Origin: Myxococcota bacterium
Lineage (GTDB): Bacteria; Myxococcota_A; Polyangia; Polyangiales; Houyiibacteriaceae
Assembly: GCA_028284955.1 (NCBI GenBank)
Contig: JANQQS010000095.1
Span: 27,076 to 91,075, forward strand
Direction: 5' to 3'
Length of the DNA stretch: 64,000 bases
Positions within the stretch are counted from its first letter, which is position 1, and the number at the start of each line of letters is the position of its first letter. Positions 47,311 to 55,895 of the stretch are shown in pieces. The translations under genes were made by a program, and so were the position numbers. The notes under the pieces were generated by a model. The model searched no databases and was not told where the DNA came from. It was given only the letters and a program-made list of their open reading frames with translations.

Positions 47311-48446
47311 CCTCGCGCGCTCGACGGTTCACGTTCCACGTTACCCGTCGAACCCATCAGCGCCTCGGGAGTTTCTCCGCAATGCGGACGAATTCTCCCT
47401 CGCTCGGTGTAGATCGCGCGCACCAGTCGCGCCGGGGTCACATCGAAGGCAGGATGCCGGCATGCGATGCCGTCGGCCACCAGCGTCGCTCCGCCGAGCG
47501 TCGAGATTTCGTCCCTTCCGCGCTCTTCGATGGGAATCTGCATTCCCGTTTGCGTCTGCAGGTCGACGGTGCTCCACGGAGCCGCGACCGTGAATGGCAC
47601 ATCATGCGCCTCAGCAAGAAGCGCTACGCCGTAGGTGCCAATCTTGTTCGCCACGTCCCCATTCGCGGCGATGCGGTCGCTACCCACGACCACAAACTCA
47701 ATCTCCTCCCGCTGGAAAAAGTGTGCGGCCATATTGTCGGTGATGACTTCGACCGGAATCTCGTCTTGATGAAGTTCCCACGACGTGAGTCGCGCTCCCT
47801 GAAGGTAGGGCCGAGTTTCGTCCGCGAGCACGCGAATGCGTTTGCCCATTTCGTGCGCGGCACGGATTACGCCGAGCGCGGTGCCGTAGCCGCCGGTCGC
47901 AAGCGCGCCGGCGTTGCAGTGGGTAAGAATGGTCGCGCCAGAAGGGATATCCTCCGCCCCCAAACGCCCCATCGCGCGACATGCCTGCACATCTTCGATG
48001 TGAATCGCCTCGGCTTCTTTTCTCATGCCCGCGTAGCGCTCGGCAGGGCTCAGGGCCGCGACTTCTGCAGCCTTTTTCGACATCCGCGCAATCGCCCAGG
48101 CAAGGTTGACCGCGGTTGGCCGGGTGCCGAGTAAGACCCGGCTGGCGGCACCGTTCGAGAGCAAGAACGACGATGCGTCCCCTTGTTCTTTGCGCGCGAC
48201 AAGCACCAGCGCATACGCGGCAGCAATACCGATCGCGGGTGCGCCGCGGACAACCATCTCACGAATCGAATCGGCGACTTCGTCGGGCTCAGCGTAGCGA
48301 TGGTAGAGGACGTCCGAAGGAAGCCGGCGCTGGTCGAGCATCCATACAGCATGCGTTTCCGGGTCGTATTCGACGGCAAAAAAGTTTGGGCCGGCGCCTG
48401 GTGCGCCCGTCGAACTCAAGGGGCGGCGACAAAGAGATGGCGTCAT
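47307..48446 (-). CDS. mtnA: S-methyl-5-thioribose-1-phosphate isomerase
   Basis: eIF-2B alpha/beta/delta-related: MLDQRRLP, VRGAPAIGIAAAY, ADETRPYLQGARLTSWEL, VVGSDRIAANGDVANKIGTY. Confidence 0.9.
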   Translation of the reverse strand: MTPSLCRRPLSSTGAPGAGPNFFAVEYDPETHAVWMLDQRRLPSDVLYHRYAEPDEVADSIREMVVRGAPAIGIAAAYALVLVARKEQGDASSFLLSNGAASRVLLGTRPTAVNLAWAIARMSKKAAEVAALSPAERYAGMRKEAEAIHIEDVQACRAMGRLGAEDIPSGATILTHCNAGALATGGYGTALGVIRAAHEMGKRIRVLADETRPYLQGARLTSWELHQDEIPVEVITDNMAAHFFQREEIEFVVVGSDRIAANGDVANKIGTYGVALLAEAHDVPFTVAAPWSTVDLQTQTGMQIPIEERGRDEISTLGGATLVADGIACRHPAFDVTPARLVRAIYTERGRIRPHCGETPEALMGSTGNVEREPSSARG

Positions 48447-49903
48447 GATTGCTCCTGAAGCATCGCGCGGAGCAGCTCGTTGACGGCCTTGGGGTTTGCT
48501 GCCCCGCGCGTAGCTTTCATCACCTGGCCAACGAAGAACCCAAGTACGGCGGTTTTTCCCGACCGATACTGCTGCACCTGCTGAGGATGGGCATCAAGCA
48601 CTTTGCGAACCTCCCCTTCGATCGCAGCGACGTCCGTCACCTGAGCGAGATTTTGTTCTTCGACGATCTGGCGCGCTGTCTTTTGAGAAGCGCGCATTTC
48701 CGCGAACACTTGCTTGGCGATCTTGTTGTTGATGGTCCCGTCTTGCACAAGCGCGAGCAGTTCGGCGACGCGCTCCGAGGAACTCGGAAACGTCGCATCG
48801 AGACCGTCCAGCGCCACATGTCCGAGGACCTCGCTTTGAACGAAGTTGGCGACCTTTTTCGCGGTCTCCGGCGCAGATTGCGCGGCGAGGCGCGAGACGA
48901 TCGACTCGAAATACCGCGCTACCTCGGGATGCGACGTCAGAACGGTGGCGTCGTAGTCGGTCAAGTTGAGTTGGTCGACGAATCGGGCGCGCATCGCGTC
49001 TGCACTCTCCGGCGTTTCGGCTCGCCACGCAGCGATCGATTCGGGTTCGATTTCTAGCGGCGGCAGATCGGGGTCGGGGAAGTATCGGTAGTCGTGCGCA
49101 TCTTCTTTGGACCGCAAAGCCACGGTCTGGTTGCGCGCGGCGTCCCAGCTCCTCGTTTGCTGGATCACCGTTTGCCCCGAACTCACCAACGTCTCCTGGC
49201 GGGCGATTTCATACTCGATAGCCTGACGGACAAATCGGAACGAGTTGATGTTCTTGAGCTCGGTTCGCGTGCCCAGCTCGGACTGCCCGATCGGTCGAAT
49301 CGACACGTTTGCATCGCACCGAAATGACCCCTCTTCGAGGTTGCCGTCATTCACACCCGCAAACATCAAAATCTCTCGAATCTTTTTCAGATAGGCTTCC
49401 GCTTCCTCGGCGCTGCGCAGATCGGGTTCGCTGACGATTTCGAGCAACGGTACGCCGGCGCGATTGAAGTCCACGTGGGTGCCCGGCGCAGTTCCTACGC
49501 CATGTACGCTCTTTGCGGCATCTTCTTCCAAGTGTGCGCGCGTGATGCGGATATTTTTGGATTGCCCGTCCCACGACACGGTGACTTCGCCGCGGCCATT
49601 GATGGGACCCTCAAACTGTGAGATTTGATACCCTTTGGGGAGGTCGGGATAAAAATAGTTTTTTCGAGCCAACCGACTCGACGGGCGCACTTCACACGAA
49701 AGCGCGATTCCCGCCCGCGCGGCAAGCTCGACCGCAACGCGGTTGGGCACAGGCAGCGCGCCGGGCAAACCCAGGCAGACGGGGCACACCTGCGTATTGG
49801 GAGGAGCCCCGTAACTCGTCGGGCAGCCGCAAAAGAGTTTGGTTCGCGTACGCAGCTGCGCGTGGACCTCGAGCCCGATCACCGCTTCGAAACGTCCCGA
49901 CAT
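48443..49903 (-). CDS. gatB: Asp-tRNA(Asn)/Glu-tRNA(Gln) amidotransferase subunit B
   Basis: FEAVIGLEVHAQLRTRTKLFCGC..., and a C-terminal YqeY-like tail. Confidence 0.95.
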   Translation of the reverse strand: MSGRFEAVIGLEVHAQLRTRTKLFCGCPTSYGAPPNTQVCPVCLGLPGALPVPNRVAVELAARAGIALSCEVRPSSRLARKNYFYPDLPKGYQISQFEGPINGRGEVTVSWDGQSKNIRITRAHLEEDAAKSVHGVGTAPGTHVDFNRAGVPLLEIVSEPDLRSAEEAEAYLKKIREILMFAGVNDGNLEEGSFRCDANVSIRPIGQSELGTRTELKNINSFRFVRQAIEYEIARQETLVSSGQTVIQQTRSWDAARNQTVALRSKEDAHDYRYFPDPDLPPLEIEPESIAAWRAETPESADAMRARFVDQLNLTDYDATVLTSHPEVARYFESIVSRLAAQSAPETAKKVANFVQSEVLGHVALDGLDATFPSSSERVAELLALVQDGTINNKIAKQVFAEMRASQKTARQIVEEQNLAQVTDVAAIEGEVRKVLDAHPQQVQQYRSGKTAVLGFFVGQVMKATRGAANPKAVNELLRAMLQEQS

Positions 49904-50046
49904 GGCGGCACCCTATCGCAAAAGTGATGAAGCTCAAGATCCGGCGCCAGCGGTCGTTTTCGGATATCATGATTCAGACGGAGTAACCCCAGCTGTTGGC
50001 ATCCCAAAGAGCAACTGCATCTGAAGCCGCCCCTTCGCCCCAATCG

Positions 50047-51576
50047 ATGCGCGTTCTGGTCGTCGACGACAGCCGCGCGGTGCGTTCGGCAGTCCGAGCG
50101 GAGCTGGAGCAGGCCGGATACGAAGTGATTTGCGCGCGCTCGGGCGAAGAAGCGTTCGACCTTTGTGCCGGGCAAAGCTTCCATCTGCTGGTGAGCGACG
50201 TCCGCATGGGCGACCTCTCGGGAGTTCACCTCTGCCGACTTCTGCGGAGCGACCCCGCCACCGAATCGATACCGATAGTACTGCTCACTGCATCGGACGA
50301 CCCGCGTAGCCGATTTTGGGGTCGGAACGCGGGCGCCGACGCCTACCTCGCCAAAGAACGCACCCGGGAATCATTGGTACCGACCATCGATCGCTTGCTG
50401 GCCGATCGGCCATGCGAACAGACGCCTCCATGGGGAGCGACGGGAAATCGCAATCCCTTGAAGCAGCTTTCGCAAGTGCTCGAGCGTCATCTTTTCGAGG
50501 CCGTCATCTCCAATGAAGCCCGACGATTAATGGACCATGTGCACGACCCTCGTTCGTTTGGTCGCGCGGTATTGTCGCTCACCGCCGAGGTCACGCGGTG
50601 TAGCTATGTCGTCTTGCGGCTCACCGGCCTCGATCAGCCACTGCATAGCGTGCTCGCTCGCGGCCCCTGGCCGGCTGAACCCACCCCCGGTGCATTGGCG
50701 AGCGTCGGTCTGCCGCCCTACGAAGAATCAGTCGACGTCATGCGCACCCGCGAATCGACCGTTACGCCCGACGGCGCCGCCCTTGAAAGCGGGGAGATGG
50801 CCTCGTTTCTAATTCAAGTAGGCAACGAAAACCTCGGTCAACTCACCATGTTCTCGGGGCCTCGGCCCATGGCGCAGGAAGATCAAGACACGACGGCGCT
50901 AATCGCTCGATGCATGGGAGTCGTGGTCAAATCGATGTACTTGATGGAGCAGACTCGCCATGCTGCGCTCACCGACGCGCTCACCGGGCTATGCAATCGC
51001 CGCCACGCCATGGATCGACTCGAGCATGAGCTTTCCGTCGCGAGGCGCTACGACCAGCCCCTTTCGGTCGCGATTTGTGACATCGATCACTTCAAGCAAG
51101 TCAACGATACCCATGGCCACAATATGGGCGACGAGGTACTTCGGGTGGTGGCTCAGTGCTTAGCCACCACCGTCCGCGAAACCGATCTCGTCGCACGGTG
51201 GGGAGGCGAAGAGTTCCTGGTTATCTTGCCAAAATCAGCAGAAGCGGGGTCGCGAATCGTGGCGGAGCGATTGCGTGCCGCGGTAGCGCAACTGCCCGCA
51301 ATGCCGAACGGGCCCGGTCACGTGACCACCAGCGTGGGTGTAGCGACCCTCGGAGCATCGACCGACTTGCATACCTTTCTCGATGAAGCGGATGACGCAT
51401 TGTACAACGCAAAAGCTCGAGGGCGAAACAGGGTCGAAGTATATCGACCAAGCGATCGCCCACCTGCTACCTTGACCCCCCCCCTGAAGTCTCAGACCAC
51501 CACTAGTGGTGCTGGGGAATCTAGTGGTGCTGGGGAATCTAGTGGTGCTGGGGAATCTAGTGGTGCTGGGGAATAA
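50047..51576 (+). CDS. response regulator receiver + central GAF-like region + GGDEF diguanylate cyclase (GGEEF)
   Basis: MRVLVVDDSRAVR...DVRMGDLSG receiver. LTGLCNRRH...CDIDHFKQVNDTHGHNMGDEVL...ARWGGEEFLVILP. The C-terminus ends in a (SGAGES)x4 repeat. Confidence 0.9.
   Translation: MRVLVVDDSRAVRSAVRAELEQAGYEVICARSGEEAFDLCAGQSFHLLVSDVRMGDLSGVHLCRLLRSDPATESIPIVLLTASDDPRSRFWGRNAGADAYLAKERTRESLVPTIDRLLADRPCEQTPPWGATGNRNPLKQLSQVLERHLFEAVISNEARRLMDHVHDPRSFGRAVLSLTAEVTRCSYVVLRLTGLDQPLHSVLARGPWPAEPTPGALASVGLPPYEESVDVMRTRESTVTPDGAALESGEMASFLIQVGNENLGQLTMFSGPRPMAQEDQDTTALIARCMGVVVKSMYLMEQTRHAALTDALTGLCNRRHAMDRLEHELSVARRYDQPLSVAICDIDHFKQVNDTHGHNMGDEVLRVVAQCLATTVRETDLVARWGGEEFLVILPKSAEAGSRIVAERLRAAVAQLPAMPNGPGHVTTSVGVATLGASTDLHTFLDEADDALYNAKARGRNRVEVYRPSDRPPATLTPPLKSQTTTSGAGESSGAGESSGAGESSGAGE
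51505..51576. repeat. 18-bp tandem repeat x4 at the convergent overlap of the GGDEF gene and gatA
   Basis: agtggtgctggggaatct occurs three times, then agtggtgctggggaataa. The plus strand encodes SGAGES x4. The minus strand of a unit reads IPQHH* and supplies the gatA C-terminus and stop. Confidence 0.95.
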
Positions 51577-53029
51577 GGTCGAGCGAAGTCAGGTCCGCGA
51601 CTCGCTGTGCAATCTCGAACAAGCGGCATTCTTGAAAAGCAGGCGCGGTATATTGCACGCCGATCGGAAGCCCATCCGAACAAAAACCGCACGGCGTGCT
51701 CACGGCCGGTAAACCAGCGAGGCTCGCAGGTAGAGTGAACATATCCGAGCGATACATCTCGAGCGGGTCGGTCGTCTTGGCGCCCAAAGCGAATGCAGTG
51801 GTCGGCGTCGTGGGCTGCATGATGACGTCACATTTCTTGAACGCAGCAGCATAGTCGCGCGTGATCAAAGTCCGCACCCGCTGAGCCTTGACGTAGAAAT
51901 CGTCGTAGTAGCCGGCCGACAAGGCGTACGTACCGAGCATAATTCGCCGTTTCACTTCCGGGCCAAACCCTTGCGCGCGAGTTTGGGCATACGACGACTC
52001 AAGAGAACTGCCTTCGACAGAAAGTCCATACCGAACCCCGTCAAATCGCGCGAGATTGCTCGATGCTTCTGCCGTCGCGATCAGGTAATAGACCGAAATC
52101 GCGTGGTCTATGTGGGGGAGCTGAACTCGCTCAAAGCGAACGCCGGATTGTTCCAGCTGGTGGACCAGGTGTTCGAGGGTCTCGCGGATGCTTGGTTCGA
52201 TCGCGGAACCCTGATCGTCCACGATGCCCACCGTGAGATTGCCTGAGCGCCGATGGCAAGCTTCTTCGTAGTCATCGATCGGTGCCTCCACGCTGGTGGC
52301 ATCTCGCTTGCTGCAGCCCGCCATCACCTCGAACAACCGCGCCGTGTCGCGCACGGAGCGACCGAAGGGCCCGATTTGGTCGAGGGATGACGCGAACGCC
52401 ACCAGCCCGTAGCGGGATACGCGGCCGTAGGTTGGCTTAAGCGCAGTGACCCCGCAAAACGCAGCCGGTTGCCGCACCGAACCCCCGGTATCGCTTCCGA
52501 TCGCCGCGCCCGCCAACCCGGCCGCCGTCGCCGCTGCCGATCCGCCCGACGATCCTCCGGGAACTCGCGCCACATCCCAAGGGTTGAGCACGGGCCCAAA
52601 CGCGGAGTGCTCGTTCGACGACCCCATGGCGAACTCATCCATGTTGGTCTTTCCCAAGAGCACGGCGTCAGCGTTCGTGAGCGCCTCCACCACATCCGCA
52701 TCGTAAGGAGGAACGTAGCCTTCGAGAATGCGCGAAGCACAGGTCGTGACCATGCCTCGAGTGCAAATATTGTCTTTGATGGCGACCGGAACCCCAGCGA
52801 GACTTCCAAGCTTCTCTCCCCGCGCGCGCTTTGCATCGACGGCGCGGGCTCGGGACAGCGCATGTTCGCCGTCGACCTGCAGGTACGCGTTCAGTTCACT
52901 GGTCGCTGCGCGGTCAAGGTAGGCAACGACAATCTCTTCGGCACTCCACTGGCCATTTCGAACCCCTTCCGCCAGATCGACCACGTCGCGATGGCACATG
53001 GTCACGGGGCTGCGTGGTGGCTGGATCAT
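51557..53029 (-). CDS. gatA: Glu-tRNA(Gln) amidotransferase subunit A
   Basis: Amidase signature GGSSGGSAAATAAG; overall GatA collinearity. Confidence 0.95.
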   Translation of the reverse strand: MIQPPRSPVTMCHRDVVDLAEGVRNGQWSAEEIVVAYLDRAATSELNAYLQVDGEHALSRARAVDAKRARGEKLGSLAGVPVAIKDNICTRGMVTTCASRILEGYVPPYDADVVEALTNADAVLLGKTNMDEFAMGSSNEHSAFGPVLNPWDVARVPGGSSGGSAAATAAGLAGAAIGSDTGGSVRQPAAFCGVTALKPTYGRVSRYGLVAFASSLDQIGPFGRSVRDTARLFEVMAGCSKRDATSVEAPIDDYEEACHRRSGNLTVGIVDDQGSAIEPSIRETLEHLVHQLEQSGVRFERVQLPHIDHAISVYYLIATAEASSNLARFDGVRYGLSVEGSSLESSYAQTRAQGFGPEVKRRIMLGTYALSAGYYDDFYVKAQRVRTLITRDYAAAFKKCDVIMQPTTPTTAFALGAKTTDPLEMYRSDMFTLPASLAGLPAVSTPCGFCSDGLPIGVQYTAPAFQECRLFEIAQRVADLTSLDLIPQHH

Positions 53030-53403
53030 TACGGCTTCCCGTCGCGCGCAGCGGATGGAATTGCGACCGTCGCGACAAAGGTGCCTTCCTCTTTACGCGG
53101 AGCGGCGCGGAGAGCGTCTTCGTGGGACAGACACGCGATCGGTTCGTCCTCTCGAAGCTGCGCGGTTAGGGACACCGCGTGGTACGTTGGGGGTTGCGCT
53201 TGAGTTGCGTCGAGGCGATTGAGCTCGGCGAGCGAATCGAGAATGCGGCCGAGCTGCTCTCGCATGTCGTCGACCTCGGACTCGGACAGCGCAAGGCGCG
53301 CTAGATCGGCGATTCGCACCACCTCTTCTCGGGAAATGCGAGGATCTTCGGGCGAAGGTGGCGCAGCAGCGGCGGGAGCGGAAGTAGAGGTCGGCTTGTT
53401 CAT
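53029..53403 (-). CDS. gatC: Asp/Glu-tRNA amidotransferase subunit C
   Basis: ISREEVVRIADLARLALSESEVDDMREQLGRILDSLAELNRLD. TAATG overlap with the gatA start. ATG at 53403 (ORF track 53487). Confidence 0.85.
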   Translation of the reverse strand: MNKPTSTSAPAAAAPPSPEDPRISREEVVRIADLARLALSESEVDDMREQLGRILDSLAELNRLDATQAQPPTYHAVSLTAQLREDEPIACLSHEDALRAAPRKEEGTFVATVAIPSAARDGKP

Positions 53404-53599
53404 GGCTTTGTCGTCGGCGAATGCGGGCGCACGGTAGCAGATCGCGCGGTAGGAGCATCTGTTGACCACGGCCAATTTCGAAGTCACAAGAAAAATCTCC
53501 GTTCGCTTTGCAACCGATCGAAAGTGCCCTGAGTAACCACACTTAGGCGTGTACGTACGCCGGGGTAGTCACGCGGATCTACATGTGCTCACATTTCGT

Positions 53600-53629
53600 T
53601 TGACGGTACTGTATTCGACCGTCTATACT
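53600..53629 (+). promoter_or_regulatory. candidate sigma-70-type promoter for the hybrid kinase gene
   Basis: TTGACG (53600-53605), an 18-nt spacer, then TATACT (53624-53629), about 50 nt before the ATG at 53682. Pattern match only. Confidence 0.3.
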
Positions 53630-53681
53630 GTGACACAGTGAAAACGATGTCGTTGTGCGACGCATATAAGGTCCCTCCGTC

Positions 53682-55229
53682 ATGACGATGGACACCCTAA
53701 CTTGGACCGCCGAGGCACTTGGTGTGCCGATGGTCGAAGAGACGGCCGACGGATCGATCAAAGCAAACCAGGCCGCGATGCGCGCGCTCGCCGGGCAGGC
53801 CCCTGACGGGCTCGTCGATCTGAACGGACTGGTCGATATCGTTGCACAACTCGCCGAAGTCCCCCCCGACGAAACTTGTCTGACGGGGTTGATCGAACGC
53901 GGACGGGCCGGCGAACGCTACGCGGAGCATGTCAACAACCGACCTATTTTGGTTAGCCCGGTGGCCCACGGGATTCGGGTCATGGTCGGACCGGTGCATG
54001 CAAACGCGTCGATCCGAAAGCGAGCCGCCGCCGCTGACCTCGCCGCAGGGGTGTCTCACGAGGTCGCGAACGCACTCAGCGCAATCGTGGGGTGGTCGCA
54101 ACTTGCGCGCGAGCAACCGGAAACCGCAACCCCGACCGAAGCCTTGGCGCTTATTGAATCGAGCGCAACCACCGCTCAGGAAGCGGCGCGAGACATGTTG
54201 CGCACCGTGCGTCCCGCGCCGCGCGCGACGGGAGATTCTGAGGAGTCCTCGGAATCTCCCGCCGTCGACGTGCTCGAAGTTGTCCGCAGCGTCGTGCGCC
54301 TGCTCGAACCGGAAGCGCGCGCGACGCAAGTCAACGTGCGCGCGCCGCTACCTGTCTCGGATGCCAAATGGGTTGCTGGCACGCGAGCCGACGTATTCAC
54401 GATTGTCTGGAATCTCGCCCAAAACGCGGTGCAGATGTTGCCGCCGGGCGGAACCGTATCATTTGCGGTGGGCACCACCCGCCGGCGGGTGTGTCTCGAA
54501 ATCGAGGACGACGGACCCGGGATGACGCCCGTCCAAGCGCGCAAGGCGTTCGAGCAATACTATACCACTAGAGACGAAGGCACCGGACTCGGACTACCCC
54601 TGGTCCGCCGAGCCGTGAATCGGCTCGGCGGCACGATCGAGCTCGACACCGCACCCGACCGCGGCGCTCATTTCCGCATCGAGCTCCCGCTCGCAAACGC
54701 GGTCGGACCAAAAACGACAGGCCTCGCCGCCTCGGCGGAAGCGTCGCCGACGAGCCCGAGCGAAGAATCGCGGCGAAATACTGGTCGAAATGTCTCGCGC
54801 TCCGACACGCGCGCGACAAAAACCGTCAGCGGCGTGCAACCGCGTGCGGCAGCAAGAAGTCACGTGCTGGTCGTAGAAAACGATGAGGCGGTGCGCGAAT
54901 TGATCGCAACCACGCTCACCATTCGCGACTTTGATGTGACGGCAGTTTCTGGAGTTGCTGAAGCGCTGAAGCTTTCCGGCCCCTTCTCTCTCGGTCTACT
55001 CGACCTAAACTTGGAAGACGGTCGCGGCGACCAGCTGCTCGCTCAGCTAAGACAGCGGGGCATCGTGCGCTCGGCCGCCTTGATGTCCGGCGCGCCCCCA
55101 CCTGCGGACATGAGCGCGGCGGGAAGTCCGGATAGCTGGCTGCGAAAGCCCTTCGACACCACCGATCTCGTGGCTACATTGCGCGAACTTTCGGCGCTCA
55201 CGCACGAGTCGAAGTTGCAAACCGGCTAG
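53682..55229 (+). CDS. hybrid sensor histidine kinase (HisKA + HATPase_c + C-terminal receiver)
   Basis: H-box SHEVANALSAIVGW; N-box WNLAQNAVQ; G-boxes EDDGPGM and GTGLGLPLV. Receiver HVLVVENDEAVRELI...LDLNLEDGRG...LRKPF. Confidence 0.85.
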   Translation: MTMDTLTWTAEALGVPMVEETADGSIKANQAAMRALAGQAPDGLVDLNGLVDIVAQLAEVPPDETCLTGLIERGRAGERYAEHVNNRPILVSPVAHGIRVMVGPVHANASIRKRAAAADLAAGVSHEVANALSAIVGWSQLAREQPETATPTEALALIESSATTAQEAARDMLRTVRPAPRATGDSEESSESPAVDVLEVVRSVVRLLEPEARATQVNVRAPLPVSDAKWVAGTRADVFTIVWNLAQNAVQMLPPGGTVSFAVGTTRRRVCLEIEDDGPGMTPVQARKAFEQYYTTRDEGTGLGLPLVRRAVNRLGGTIELDTAPDRGAHFRIELPLANAVGPKTTGLAASAEASPTSPSEESRRNTGRNVSRSDTRATKTVSGVQPRAAARSHVLVVENDEAVRELIATTLTIRDFDVTAVSGVAEALKLSGPFSLGLLDLNLEDGRGDQLLAQLRQRGIVRSAALMSGAPPPADMSAAGSPDSWLRKPFDTTDLVATLRELSALTHESKLQTG

Positions 55230-55355
55230 TTCGCCCAGCGAGACCCAAGACAGACCGGGTGGTGATTTGGGCGCAATGCGGCTATCGTCCGCCCACGGCC
55301 TCGCGGAGTCGTACCTTGTCATGGCGCACAAAACCGTACAGAATAAGACGTTCTA

Positions 55356-55799
55356 GTGATGCTCAGGGCTGTTACACGATTTTTGCGATCAACCGGCGCG
55401 GATCGATCCGCGGCCTGCATGGTGGCGCTCGTCGGAGGATTGATCGGCTGCGCCGGGGATCTCGACCCCGTAGACGGGGAGCAGAACGAGATCCTCGCCC
55501 GGGCAGACGCGACCCCGCTTCCCAGCGTGGATAGCGAGCGATGGCGAGGCGCGGTCGCGGGATGTGAAGGTCGAATCGCCGATGGCGATTCCTTTGGCAT
55601 TGCGGCCGGCCAACCCGAGTTGGTCGTCGCCATGCACAAAGGAAGCGTTCATTGTGTGGACAGCTACTCGGCGATCGAGTCGGAGCTCGCCGACCAGAGC
55701 AAATCTCGGGCGGACCGACTTTGGCTCGGTTACGTAGCCGCGCTGCAAGAGATCGACCCGGTGGGAATCCGACGCATCGACGCCCCTGCACCCCAGTAA
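55356..55799 (+). CDS. hypothetical lipoprotein
   Basis: 147-aa ORF with lipobox LVGGLIGCAG. Confidence 0.55.
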   Translation: MMLRAVTRFLRSTGADRSAACMVALVGGLIGCAGDLDPVDGEQNEILARADATPLPSVDSERWRGAVAGCEGRIADGDSFGIAAGQPELVVAMHKGSVHCVDSYSAIESELADQSKSRADRLWLGYVAALQEIDPVGIRRIDAPAPQ

Positions 55800-55800
55800 C

Positions 55801-55854
55801 TAGGCCAGCCACAGTAGCTAGGCCAGCCACAGTAGCTAGGCCAGCTACGGCCAT
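55801..55854. repeat. 18-bp tandem repeat (about 3 units) immediately after a stop codon
   Basis: ctaggccagccacagtag twice, then ctaggccagctacggcca. Each unit carries TAG in the frame of the upstream gene. Confidence 0.9.
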
Positions 55855-55895
55855 TATCATCGCCCACCTTTGAGCAGGCATTCAGAACGCAGCGA

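Noticed and set aside
49904-50046. Possible cobalamin riboswitch upstream of the gatB-mtnA-cobTSC operon.
   Set aside because: I could not find a B12-box-like element or the conserved pairing by eye. The region is also a short divergent promoter. A covariance-model scan is needed before any claim can be made.
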